Under the pieces are notes generated by a model, which was not told where the DNA came from, did no database searches, and saw only the letters and a program-made list of their open reading frames with translations. From an uncultured Methanomassiliicoccales archaeon (GTDB taxonomy: Archaea > Thermoplasmatota > Thermoplasmata > Methanomassiliicoccales > CAZOLG01): a stretch of DNA of 64,000 nucleotides. Location: NCBI GenBank assembly GCA_964580935.1, contig CAZOLG010000001.1:116982-180981 (forward strand), read 5' to 3'. Shown piece by piece: positions 39,318-48,686 of this stretch. Numbering within the stretch: position 1 is the first letter of the stretch; each line of letters starts with the position of its first letter. Position numbers and translations under genes: made by a program.

Positions 39318-40466
39318 ATGGTTCGGCTTTCTCTGAGTAATATTCTCAACAGAGGGAAACAGAGCGATGAGGGCAGTCGGATAGATAAAGCTCTCGTCAA
39401 GTCCCTGTCATCCCGCTTTCCAGTGATGAGGAACAGGATGAAGAACCAGATTATCACCTACGGAAAGAACAATCCCTATGAGATGGTGGGGATACTCCTC
39501 GAACACTTTAACAATGAGCAGAAAGGGGTATCTGAGAACGTCGAAGACTGCCTGGATAAACTCACCTCTAGCAGAGTGGGGAAGGACGCCTTATTCTTCG
39601 CCATGGAGAACCCGAACAGGGAGGTGAGGAGGAATGTCAGGGAGTACTTCTCGAAGAAAGGTGATGTGTATGCCAGGACGTATGCATCGCTCTACGCCCA
39701 CACAATGACCCTCTTACATATGGCCAGGAGGAAGGACATCCCTGCAGAAGACATAAGGTCTCTGATCAAGCTTTCGAAGAGGACTTTCCTGGACGGGGGA
39801 AAGATGGGGGCGATAGAGGATATATCTACCTCCCTAGACCTTTTAAAGAGGAGGTTGAGGACTGTGGAGCAGCTGAAGTCCTATGTTAGGGACATGCTCA
39901 AGCTCGTCCCCGAGCTGGAGCGGATGGGCGTGTATTCTAGTAATCTGGAAGAACCACTGAGGCAGGCGGTGAAAGTATCAAAAAGTAGGGAGTTTGATGA
40001 GACAAGCAACATCATGGAAGAGAGGGAGCTGGAGCTGGAGATCAAGGGTGCATTGGAGAAGATCGGTGATACAGTAATGGAGCACGGGGGGGACGTCATG
40101 GACATCGCCCCATCAGAATTGGAAGGGGTAGATGTGTGGATCGTCGCCCGCCTGGATGAGCTGATAGAATCGGCTACCTCCAAGACCTTGGCCAGGGACA
40201 AGCGAGCTTCTCTGAGGGTCCTGAGAGAATTCCTGTGCAGGGATTTCAAAGGGTATACGGACGAGATCCTGACCGAAAGGGTGCAAGATGGTGATGCTGC
40301 TGCCCTTTTTACACTCTACACCGCGGGTATTACCTGCCTCAAGTTGGCCTCAGCTGTTGTCCCCAACACTGCTGAGGGTGTCTATCAACGATACTTCAGA
40401 GACATTGAAGGGGAGCCCACCATCCACGTGGTCTCATGGCCGGACCTGGCTTTGTCGGAGGAGTGA
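39318..40466 (+). CDS. Hypothetical alpha-helical protein with HEAT-repeat-like N-terminus
   Basis: 382-aa ORF, helical amphipathic patterns (e.g. AMENPNREVRRNV). Confidence 0.65.
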   Translation: MVRLSLSNILNRGKQSDEGSRIDKALVKSLSSRFPVMRNRMKNQIITYGKNNPYEMVGILLEHFNNEQKGVSENVEDCLDKLTSSRVGKDALFFAMENPNREVRRNVREYFSKKGDVYARTYASLYAHTMTLLHMARRKDIPAEDIRSLIKLSKRTFLDGGKMGAIEDISTSLDLLKRRLRTVEQLKSYVRDMLKLVPELERMGVYSSNLEEPLRQAVKVSKSREFDETSNIMEERELELEIKGALEKIGDTVMEHGGDVMDIAPSELEGVDVWIVARLDELIESATSKTLARDKRASLRVLREFLCRDFKGYTDEILTERVQDGDAAALFTLYTAGITCLKLASAVVPNTAEGVYQRYFRDIEGEPTIHVVSWPDLALSEE

Positions 40467-40592
40467 ACTGCATCGTCCATTCATCCGCTGTCCCGAAGGT
40501 CTTAATGTCCTGAGTTCCATTTTTCTTAACTGATTGAGTCGCGCAATATTTATATGCCAGATTTATGTTATGCCAATGGGAGGGATGCACTT

Positions 40593-41810
40593 ATGCCAAA
40601 TTCACTTGTTGAGAATGCCTTAGAAGAATACAAAATGAAAAAGGAGAAGCCGGAGGAGAGCGTCGGCCAAAAAGAGAGGCAGGATTCTCAACAGGTTAGT
40701 GAGCAGCAGATTAGCAACTCTGCTGAGGTAGATAAAGAACTTCGAAAGATAGCTGAGGAACTGGAAGTCTGCATCAAGATCGTCGGTTGTGGAGGAGGCG
40801 GTTCTAACACCATCAACCGATGTGTTGAGGAAGGGATCAACGGCGCTCAGCTGTGTGCCCTGAATACTGATGCAAATCACCTTCTTACTGTCAGGGCGCC
40901 CAACAAGATACTGATCGGCAGGAACATCACCAAGGGACTCGGTGCTGGTGCTGATTCCAGGGTAGGGGAGGATGCTGCCAGAGAGAACGATATGGAGATC
41001 AGAGACTTTCTGAGAGACGCTCAGATAGTGTTCGTCACCGCCGGTATGGGTGGAGGAACAGGGACTGGTTCTGCGCATTACGTGGCGAGGATTGCCAAGG
41101 AACAGTTCCAAGCCTTAACACTGGGTGTTGTCACCCTGCCATTTAAGGCCGAAGGAAAGGTGAGGATGAATAACGCTATCGAGGGACTGCAGCGCCTGCG
41201 TTCATTGACCGATACGACCATCGTAATCCCTAATGACCGACTGCTGGAACTGGTCCCCAAGCTACCAGTGGAGGCGGCGTTCAAGGTGGCTGATGAAGTC
41301 CTCATGGAGACTCTGAAGGGCCTGACAGAGATTATCACCAAGCCCGGGCTGGTAAACCTCGATTTCAGCGATATCCAGACCATTATGAAGGAGGGTGGCG
41401 TGGCCTTCGTTGGTATAGGCGAGGCCGATAGCAAGGACGCCGAGAGGGTAGAGGTCGCAGTCAATGAGGCTCTCAGTTCCCCACTGCTGGGCGAGATAGA
41501 GGTGGAGGACGGTCAGGGAGCACTGATCAGGGTCATGGGAGGGCCGGATATGACAGTTAGCGAGGCCGAAAGGGCGGCCGAGGTGGTATCCAACAGGATG
41601 AGCGATGACGCTCGTATCATCTGGGGCTGCTCAGTGGAGCCCGAGCTCGAGGGCAACATAAGGGTCCTGCTTATCGTCACCGGAGCAAAGTCCAAATACG
41701 TTCTGGGTAAGGGCACCGATACCCCCGTTCGATCATCGGGCAAGATCGATGAATCGTTCCGTCCACAGTCTCAATCGAAAGACGATATGGGCATCGACTT
41801 CGTGCGGTGA
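40593..41810 (+). CDS. ftsZ: Cell division protein FtsZ (FtsZ1-like)
   Basis: GCGGGGSN, AGMGGGTGTG, NLDFSD; GGAGG SD before ATG 40593. Confidence 0.97.
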   Translation: MPNSLVENALEEYKMKKEKPEESVGQKERQDSQQVSEQQISNSAEVDKELRKIAEELEVCIKIVGCGGGGSNTINRCVEEGINGAQLCALNTDANHLLTVRAPNKILIGRNITKGLGAGADSRVGEDAARENDMEIRDFLRDAQIVFVTAGMGGGTGTGSAHYVARIAKEQFQALTLGVVTLPFKAEGKVRMNNAIEGLQRLRSLTDTTIVIPNDRLLELVPKLPVEAAFKVADEVLMETLKGLTEIITKPGLVNLDFSDIQTIMKEGGVAFVGIGEADSKDAERVEVAVNEALSSPLLGEIEVEDGQGALIRVMGGPDMTVSEAERAAEVVSNRMSDDARIIWGCSVEPELEGNIRVLLIVTGAKSKYVLGKGTDTPVRSSGKIDESFRPQSQSKDDMGIDFVR

Positions 41811-41823
41811 TTCAAAACACCTC

Positions 41824-43746
41824 TTAGAATTCGAATTCAGTCTCCCCGAAACTGAGTGTCGGACAGGGTTCTATGCATTTACCACAATGATTGCAGAGAG
41901 ACTCATCCACCCTAATTTTTCCCTCTACCAGGCTCAACGCATCCTCTGTACAGTTTCCTATACACACTCCGCAACCGACGCACTCCAGCCCTTTGACCAG
42001 TGCTTTGTACAGCCTGGTCACTCTGTCTCTGATACCCTGAGGTTTACCTCCCCTTGCTACCAGCGCCCCGTCGTCATACACGGAGATGCCGGCCACCCTG
42101 CACTTGCCCCTCTCCTCGTCTAATACCACCTCGCCAACAAGGTTCATAATATTTATTGACTCAAATAGATCTAAAGGCGGGTCGATGGCTCCCATGATTC
42201 TAAACCCCTCCACGCAGAAAGAGTGGCCTTCTTGCAGATGGAGAGTCAGCCCGGAGGCCACCTTCTTATCGGCCTTCTCCCTCTCTAAGTCGACAGCCTC
42301 CCCCAGTCTTTCCAACTCATCCATGATGCTCTGGGGCACCTCCTTCCATCTCCACAGCCCTTTCTCCACCCATGATTCAGGCAGCCCCTTTTTCTCAGCG
42401 TAATCGTAGAGGTATTCGTCCCACCGTTCGAGCTGGTCCGATTCCTCCCTAATAGTCATCAATTCAGCCAGATCCGAGGCGGGGCATAGAACGCACCCGA
42501 TCCGATCCAGTCCTTTCTCGTACCACGGGTTGTAGTCCACGCCCTTCCACATAATATAGAGCCAGACGTGGAGGGCGGTCCAGTCCTGTATAGGTGAAAT
42601 ACTCAGCTGACCAGGGGTCCATGGGTTCCTCCACACTTTGGACTTGTCGGCCCTCTGTTCAGACTCATACCTCCTCTGCCCGATCAGTGACAGGACGCCT
42701 GAGGGGAAATGTTTCTTGATCGCCTTAACAACCGGCCCTAGTTTATTCGTCTTGCAGCACCACCTGTAGTCCCGTCCAGGGGGACCGAAGAAATCAAGAT
42801 TACTGAAGAAGACACCGTCGGGTGCTTCCTCCACGATCAGTTCCAGATCGTACTCTTCGGCCAGCGCCTTGACGTGGGTCACGGTCTCTTCGAACTCCAA
42901 TCCGGTATCAAGGAAGAACAGTGGAAGTCTGTGGCCGGCCTCGAGTGAGAGGAGCAGGCAGGTCAGACTGTCTTTCCCACCAGAAAAAGAGACCGCCGGA
43001 GGAAGGTCATGGCTTTCGATCATCCTGTTAAGGAATCTCACTGCCTCTCTTTCCCTGCGCTTCAGGACCCCAATATTGATACGAAGGACATCTTCCCAGT
43101 TCTTATCACTCCGCCTGACCACCCGCTCAGAAGGGGCAGAGGTCCACCTGGTCTTCACCGCTAGGCCATAGTCAGAGGCCATCATCTCTTCGGTGGACAT
43201 CTTTGCTATCCCAGTGGCTATGGCCCTCCTCTGCTGGTCCATCACAACGATCTCATCTCCGGGCGTTATGCCATTAGAAGCATCCACGATCCCGGGAGCC
43301 AACATGTTTGCCCCCTCCTGTATCGGTCCCACGGCCCCCGGGTCGGCGGTGACGTACGATCTGTTGATCTGGCCCTGGAACGTGCGGGCGGCTGAACACC
43401 GGGTGACGAATGTCCATTCTACATCGAGATCGAAACGGAGAGTACCCACCACCCGTCCATCGATGATCACCTCGTCCATCCTGTCCAGTGCGGGACATTT
43501 GTTGAGTATCACCACCTTCCCGACAGGTATCAGCGCGACCCCGCATCCTTCTCCGAACTGTTCATCGATCACCTGTCGTATCAAATGAATATCGTGTTCA
43601 AAGGCCGGCCTGATGTCTCCAGGAGGCGTGACGGTGACCTGATAGGTCGGCTCACCACAAGCTGGGCATTGGTCCTCTTCCAATATGGGGAGGTTGCAGT
43701 TATCGCACCACTTGAGGTGCAGTTTGCCCAGCCTTACTGTACCCAT
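41824..43746 (-). CDS. PUA + PAPS-reductase + 4Fe-4S domain protein
   Basis: N-terminal Zn ribbon, PUA domain, SFSGGKDS, RWCC, RIGCVLCP, C-terminal ferredoxin. Confidence 0.88.
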   Translation of the reverse strand: MGTVRLGKLHLKWCDNCNLPILEEDQCPACGEPTYQVTVTPPGDIRPAFEHDIHLIRQVIDEQFGEGCGVALIPVGKVVILNKCPALDRMDEVIIDGRVVGTLRFDLDVEWTFVTRCSAARTFQGQINRSYVTADPGAVGPIQEGANMLAPGIVDASNGITPGDEIVVMDQQRRAIATGIAKMSTEEMMASDYGLAVKTRWTSAPSERVVRRSDKNWEDVLRINIGVLKRREREAVRFLNRMIESHDLPPAVSFSGGKDSLTCLLLSLEAGHRLPLFFLDTGLEFEETVTHVKALAEEYDLELIVEEAPDGVFFSNLDFFGPPGRDYRWCCKTNKLGPVVKAIKKHFPSGVLSLIGQRRYESEQRADKSKVWRNPWTPGQLSISPIQDWTALHVWLYIMWKGVDYNPWYEKGLDRIGCVLCPASDLAELMTIREESDQLERWDEYLYDYAEKKGLPESWVEKGLWRWKEVPQSIMDELERLGEAVDLEREKADKKVASGLTLHLQEGHSFCVEGFRIMGAIDPPLDLFESINIMNLVGEVVLDEERGKCRVAGISVYDDGALVARGGKPQGIRDRVTRLYKALVKGLECVGCGVCIGNCTEDALSLVEGKIRVDESLCNHCGKCIEPCPTLSFGETEFEF

Positions 43747-43845
43747 GGTGTCAGCGAGTGATTGCAATAATATAAGAATATTGCAGGCGGGACAACCTGG
43801 AAACTCGAATCTAAAATATATCAGGAGCTAGTTATTCTACGCAAG

Positions 43846-45039
43846 ATGAAGCCCACGGAACGAACACTCAAGATTCAGTACGCGATCGCAGACATGTTCT
43901 ATCCGGCCAGACAACTGGAGAAGAGAGGCATCGATGTCATCCGGCTGAACATAGGCGATCCCAATCGCTTTGATTTCAGCACCCCTCAGCACATCAGGGA
44001 CGCTCTTAGCAATGCGGCACAGAATGCCAGTCATGCCTATACCGAGACAGAGGGCCTGATGGAGCTGCGTGAAGCCATCGTGGAGCGGGAGAGGAGGGAG
44101 AGTGGTGTACATCTGAGTGCAGATGATGTTTTTGTCACTGCGGGCGTCACTGAAGCCCTTCAAATGACTATGGCCTCCGTGCTGGATGAAGGGGACGAAT
44201 TCCTGGTCCCCGGGCCCACCTACCCCCCATACAACCTGTTCATCAAGTTTTTCGGGGGTACACCTGTGTCGTACAGGACGATCGAGGAGGAGGACTGGCG
44301 GCCCGATCTTGACGACCTCAGGGATAAGATAGGGCCGAGGACCAAAGGAGTGTCCATCATCAACCCCAATAACCCCACAGGTGCTGTGTATTCCAAGAAG
44401 GTACTGCAGGAGATGGTGGACATAGTGGGAGAACACGACCTGTTCCTGATCTCCGATGAGATCTACGATCTGATGACCTTTGATGGTGAACATCATTCCG
44501 TCGCCTCCCTGGCTGATGACGTCCCGGTCATGATATTCAACGGTTTCTCCAAAGTATTTTTAGTGCCTGGATGGAGGGTGGGATATGTGGCATTCTGCGA
44601 CAAGACTGGTATGTTGGATGAGATCAAGGCGTCCATGGTGCGCCAACTGGGTCTGAGGATATCGGCCAACGCCCCCTGCCAGCACGCCTGTGTGGAGGCC
44701 CTTAATGGCCCAAATGACTTCCTGGAGGAGAACCGTGAGAAACTGAGGAAGAGGGCGGATCTTGCCTACAAACGATTCAACGAGATACCTGGGTTGAGCA
44801 CCAGGAAACCGAGGGCCGCCTTCTACATCTTCCCCAGAATCGAAGCCGATGTCTGGGAGTCGGACAAGGACTTCGTGCTCGATGTACTGAAGAGCGCCCA
44901 CCTCCTGTTCGTTCCCGGTTCGGGATTCTGTGAACAGTACGGAAAAGGGCATTTTCGCTCCGTGTTGCTGCCCGAGATCGAGGTGCTAGAGAAAGCCTTC
45001 GATTCCCTAGAACAGTTCATGAACGACTCACTACCCTAA
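43846..45039 (+). CDS. Class I/II PLP aminotransferase (alanine aminotransferase-like)
   Basis: LNIGDP, INPNNPTGA, SDEIYD, NGFSK...PGWRVG. Confidence 0.9.
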   Translation: MKPTERTLKIQYAIADMFYPARQLEKRGIDVIRLNIGDPNRFDFSTPQHIRDALSNAAQNASHAYTETEGLMELREAIVERERRESGVHLSADDVFVTAGVTEALQMTMASVLDEGDEFLVPGPTYPPYNLFIKFFGGTPVSYRTIEEEDWRPDLDDLRDKIGPRTKGVSIINPNNPTGAVYSKKVLQEMVDIVGEHDLFLISDEIYDLMTFDGEHHSVASLADDVPVMIFNGFSKVFLVPGWRVGYVAFCDKTGMLDEIKASMVRQLGLRISANAPCQHACVEALNGPNDFLEENREKLRKRADLAYKRFNEIPGLSTRKPRAAFYIFPRIEADVWESDKDFVLDVLKSAHLLFVPGSGFCEQYGKGHFRSVLLPEIEVLEKAFDSLEQFMNDSLP

Positions 45040-45090
45040 ATCGGTTTGATGGAAAATGCTAATAGCACCGAAGCAACATATAAATATAAG

Positions 45091-45324
45091 ATGTGGTTGA
45101 GTGCCTGTGGCTACGGCTGTTCGGTGTGCATCTACAGGGAACTGGAGAAGTGCGGGGGCTGTTCACCTGATAACAAGTTGACCTCACTCTGCCCAATCTA
45201 CGACTGTCTAGAGGACAAGGACTTCAGTACCTGCTTGAGGTGTGCTGATAGACTAAGATGCGACACATATTCTGAAAGCCTGAAGAAATGCCCCATTCGG
45301 AGATCGATATTCAGCTCCTGGTGA
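45091..45324 (+). CDS. Small Cys-rich metal-binding protein (DUF3795-like)
   Basis: ACG..C..C...C.GC....CPI..C......C..C pattern; start uncertain. Confidence 0.65.
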   Translation: MWLSACGYGCSVCIYRELEKCGGCSPDNKLTSLCPIYDCLEDKDFSTCLRCADRLRCDTYSESLKKCPIRRSIFSSW

Positions 45325-45331
45325 GCACCCA

Positions 45332-46864
45332 TCAGGGGAAACTCCTGTCCATACCAGCTACTTTTATCCCGGTCATCGCCGAAGTGTTCAGATCTAGCGC
45401 TCTCAGGTCCTCGGTAGACAGCGTCTTGAGATCGCTGTGGCCTGACAGCATTGCTAGGATCTTGAGCTCCTCCGCCGTCGACTTCAAGAAGTTAACCAGC
45501 CTGGTGGAAGACTCTTCAACATCCAGGCATTTGGTGAGTTCGGGGTCCTGGGTGGCGAGGCCGTAGTGACAGGTGCCCTGGTGACAGGTCATGCAGGTGC
45601 GACAGCCGATTGCTATCTGGGCCGCTGCTCCGAATCCCACCGCGTCGGCACCCATGGCTATCGACTTATAGGCATCTGCCCCGTCTCTTATGCCGCCTAA
45701 TGCGATCAGCTTGACCCGGTCTTTCAGCCCCATGTCCTCCAGGGCCTGTGCGGCCCGACCGATGCACGCGATGGTGGGGATACCTGCAGTCTGGGTGACC
45801 ACCTCTGGAGAGGCACCGGTTCCGCCGGCCATACCGTCTATGGAGATGGCGTCTGCTCCCGCCTCGGCGGCAATCCTGGCGTCGTCATATGGTCTGCTCG
45901 GTCCCAGCTTGAACATGATCGGTTTCTTGTGGTCTGTGATGTCTCTCAATATCTCCACATGGGCCCTCAGGTCTTCCTCGTTCTCAATATCGTAGTGTCT
46001 GCAGGGCGATAGAGCATCGGTTCCTACCGGTATGCCCCTTACTTCTGCTATCTTCGGGGTCACCTTCTTCCCCAGAAGGTGGCCTCCCATGCCCGGTTTC
46101 GCCCCCTGCCCGATCTTGATCTCCACCGCATCGGACGCGAGCAAGTAATCGGCTGACACCCCCCATCGTCCAGTGGACCACTGGACGGCAAGATAACCTC
46201 CGGGAGACCATTTCTTCTCTCCCTTTTCCATGGACTCTCTATCCTCGTAACCGTGGGCGATCATGTCCTCTCCGGGGACCATACCTCCCTCACCCGTATT
46301 GGCCAGAATGCCGAGCCTGGCGGCCGCGACAGCCAGGGCCACCTTCCCCTGTTCAGATATCGCACCGAACGACATGGCAGCCAATACGAATGGATACTGG
46401 AGTCTTATGGGCTGCTTACACGTCTGCTCACCGATCACCACCTCCATGTCAAAACTCTCCCTGTACTTATCTCGGGGAGGATTGGAGGCTAGCTGAGAAG
46501 GAACCACCACGATCTGATCGAAGTGGGGTATCCTGCCCATGGTACCGAACCCTCTCAGGTCGTATTTCCCGCTCTGGGCTTTACTGTGGATACTCTCTAT
46601 TGTCTGGGTGGTCCACACCCCCCTTGACTCGGATTCAGGGGTGGTAGGCCTAACATATATGCAACTGTTGGGACAGGCCCTCTCCATACAAATTCTGCAA
46701 CCGGTGCAGGCCAGTTCGTTGAATACGTACACCCTCCCCTCTTCGTCCCTGGCGAAGACGTCGTTCTCGCAGGCCTCGAGACACGCCCCGCACTTCCATG
46801 GCTGTTCCCAGGATCTGCATCTGTTGGGATCGATGGTCACCCAGTAGTTGCCGATCATGGGCAT
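45332..46864 (-). CDS. Archaeal glutamate synthase FMN subunit (GltB domain 2) with N-terminal ferredoxin
   Basis: AMSFGA, NTGEGG, EIKIGQGAKPGMGGHL, GGTGA, GGIR, CMTCHQGTC [3Fe-4S] motif. Confidence 0.92.
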   Translation of the reverse strand: MPMIGNYWVTIDPNRCRSWEQPWKCGACLEACENDVFARDEEGRVYVFNELACTGCRICMERACPNSCIYVRPTTPESESRGVWTTQTIESIHSKAQSGKYDLRGFGTMGRIPHFDQIVVVPSQLASNPPRDKYRESFDMEVVIGEQTCKQPIRLQYPFVLAAMSFGAISEQGKVALAVAAARLGILANTGEGGMVPGEDMIAHGYEDRESMEKGEKKWSPGGYLAVQWSTGRWGVSADYLLASDAVEIKIGQGAKPGMGGHLLGKKVTPKIAEVRGIPVGTDALSPCRHYDIENEEDLRAHVEILRDITDHKKPIMFKLGPSRPYDDARIAAEAGADAISIDGMAGGTGASPEVVTQTAGIPTIACIGRAAQALEDMGLKDRVKLIALGGIRDGADAYKSIAMGADAVGFGAAAQIAIGCRTCMTCHQGTCHYGLATQDPELTKCLDVEESSTRLVNFLKSTAEELKILAMLSGHSDLKTLSTEDLRALDLNTSAMTGIKVAGMDRSFP

Positions 46865-47547
46865 CAGTCCACCTCCTTTTTCGCCGAGGGTTCATTGTAG
46901 AAAGGCTTGGGGGACCGGGGAGCGATCTTCTTGAAAGCTCTTGGGCTGACCTTCAAGTTCATCCTGTCCAGCACCCTTGAGAGATGGTCAATGTCTCTGG
47001 ACTGAAGCTTCTCGATCTGGGCATTGTTCCCCAGCGATTCGTATTCTCCGAGCAGAAATATCGTACCCCCTATCAAGTAGTTTCCCAGGGATTGTCCTGC
47101 GTCCCCCAGAATGACAGCGGTACCTGCCAGCATGTACGTGCCAGCGTCAGCACCCACGTCCCCCCTCACGACCACCGTTCCACCTTTGTTCATGGTGGCC
47201 AGGAAGTCATCAGCTGAACCTTCTATGTACAGTGTTCCGCCGCTGCAGTAGAGGCCCACACCGTCTTGGGCGTTACCACGGACTATGATTCTGCCGTCGG
47301 TCATACCGTCGCCCAGGAATCTACCTGAGCTTCCGCATATGTCGATGGAAGCACCGTCGTTAAGTATACCGCAGTAGTTTCCCACGTCACCCTCAAACAC
47401 GAGGTTTCCCTGTTTGAAACCAGCGCATAATCCATGTATGCCAGATGCGTGTGAGATGCACACCTCTTCCGCCTGGGTGATCGCCTCTCTGATCCTCGCA
47501 TTACACTCCTTCAAAGACATATCTTCTGCGTTGATAGTGATAGTCAT
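46864..47547 (-). CDS. Glutamate synthase GXGXG beta-helix subunit (GltB domain 3 / FwdC-like)
   Basis: Repeated G-x-x-G-x-x-M-x-x-G motifs; translationally coupled to gltB2. Confidence 0.85.
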   Translation of the reverse strand: MTITINAEDMSLKECNARIREAITQAEEVCISHASGIHGLCAGFKQGNLVFEGDVGNYCGILNDGASIDICGSSGRFLGDGMTDGRIIVRGNAQDGVGLYCSGGTLYIEGSADDFLATMNKGGTVVVRGDVGADAGTYMLAGTAVILGDAGQSLGNYLIGGTIFLLGEYESLGNNAQIEKLQSRDIDHLSRVLDRMNLKVSPRAFKKIAPRSPKPFYNEPSAKKEVD

Positions 47548-48686
47548 TCCTCTCCCCTCCTCGAGAGCTTGAGGTACTTTCTGAGGGCCTCTGACCTGCT
47601 ACCCTCGTCGGACAGACCGCGCAGCATCTCAAGCAGCAGCCGGTCGTACTCCTGGGACCTCTGCCTCCTCTCTTTGGACTGTTTCGCAGAAAGCAATCTG
47701 TTGGTGTCCACGTTCTTGGTAATCTCCAGATGACCAGTGATCTCCCCCATCCTGAGCAGGCTCTCTCCCGCCGAGTTCCAGGTGATGATGGTCACATAGC
47801 CTTCTCTGGAACCTGGGTATCCCAAGGACAGGTCAGAAGATTCGGCCAGGTAGTCCGTACACCTGGCACATCCCTTTCTGAGGTACCTTTGGACATTGGC
47901 CAGAGAGATCTCTCTAACGTTGCCATCGTATTGAGTAAGATTGAGAGTGCGATCGGTGGTCGATCTATCCATTCGAGCCACACTTCTTGGAGAAATCCCC
48001 ATGTTATCTTCCACCATCTGAGGTATTATGTCGTAATTGACCACGCCCTCACAGAAAGTACCTACCAGGATACGCAGCGCTTTGGAATACTGTTCCAGCC
48101 CCTTCAGTTCTGAATTCTGTATGAGTCTGGCTGCGGAAATCACGCACGGAGACCCAACCACCGCGATCCTCTCCAGCCCCCTCTCGTACACCGCCTCATT
48201 GAGAGCGGTCAGGACCGGAGACCAGACCAGCTGGTTGCCGGCGCAGATGTATATCTCCTCAGGCTCGGTTACAACACGGGCATAGGTGTGCCAGGGCCAT
48301 CTGTCCACATCGTGGATTATGGCGCCATCGATAAAGTCGCTCTCCAGTGCACTGACCATTAGTTGGTTGATCACATCGCTAAGCAGGTCTCCAAACCGGC
48401 TCCGTGGAGAGGTCAAACTGGTCCTGGTGGAGACCACTGAGACCATTTTGCCCTTTGGCGCTTCCTCCATCCTGGGACATACCTCCTCACAGAAACGGTC
48501 ACACGTGGTACAGGTGTCCAGCTTGTGAATGGAGTTACCCACCTTCTTCACGATCTCCTTGTGTACCGGATGCTCATGCCCCTCAGTGAATTCGAGCACT
48601 CCCTTGGAACAACAGGCTATGCATGCGCCACAACCAGTGCACTTTTCCAGTTCCCACACATAACGCTGCATCTCTTTGGACATCAC
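47544..48686 (-). CDS. FrhB/FdhB-family (F420 hydrogenase beta-like) protein with N-terminal ferredoxin
   Basis: CTGCGACIACC, IAVVGSPC, VGTFC, GCARCTD..AE.SDLS.G. Confidence 0.85.
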   Translation of the reverse strand: MMSKEMQRYVWELEKCTGCGACIACCSKGVLEFTEGHEHPVHKEIVKKVGNSIHKLDTCTTCDRFCEEVCPRMEEAPKGKMVSVVSTRTSLTSPRSRFGDLLSDVINQLMVSALESDFIDGAIIHDVDRWPWHTYARVVTEPEEIYICAGNQLVWSPVLTALNEAVYERGLERIAVVGSPCVISAARLIQNSELKGLEQYSKALRILVGTFCEGVVNYDIIPQMVEDNMGISPRSVARMDRSTTDRTLNLTQYDGNVREISLANVQRYLRKGCARCTDYLAESSDLSLGYPGSREGYVTIITWNSAGESLLRMGEITGHLEITKNVDTNRLLSAKQSKERRQRSQEYDRLLLEMLRGLSDEGSRSEALRKYLKLSRRGEE

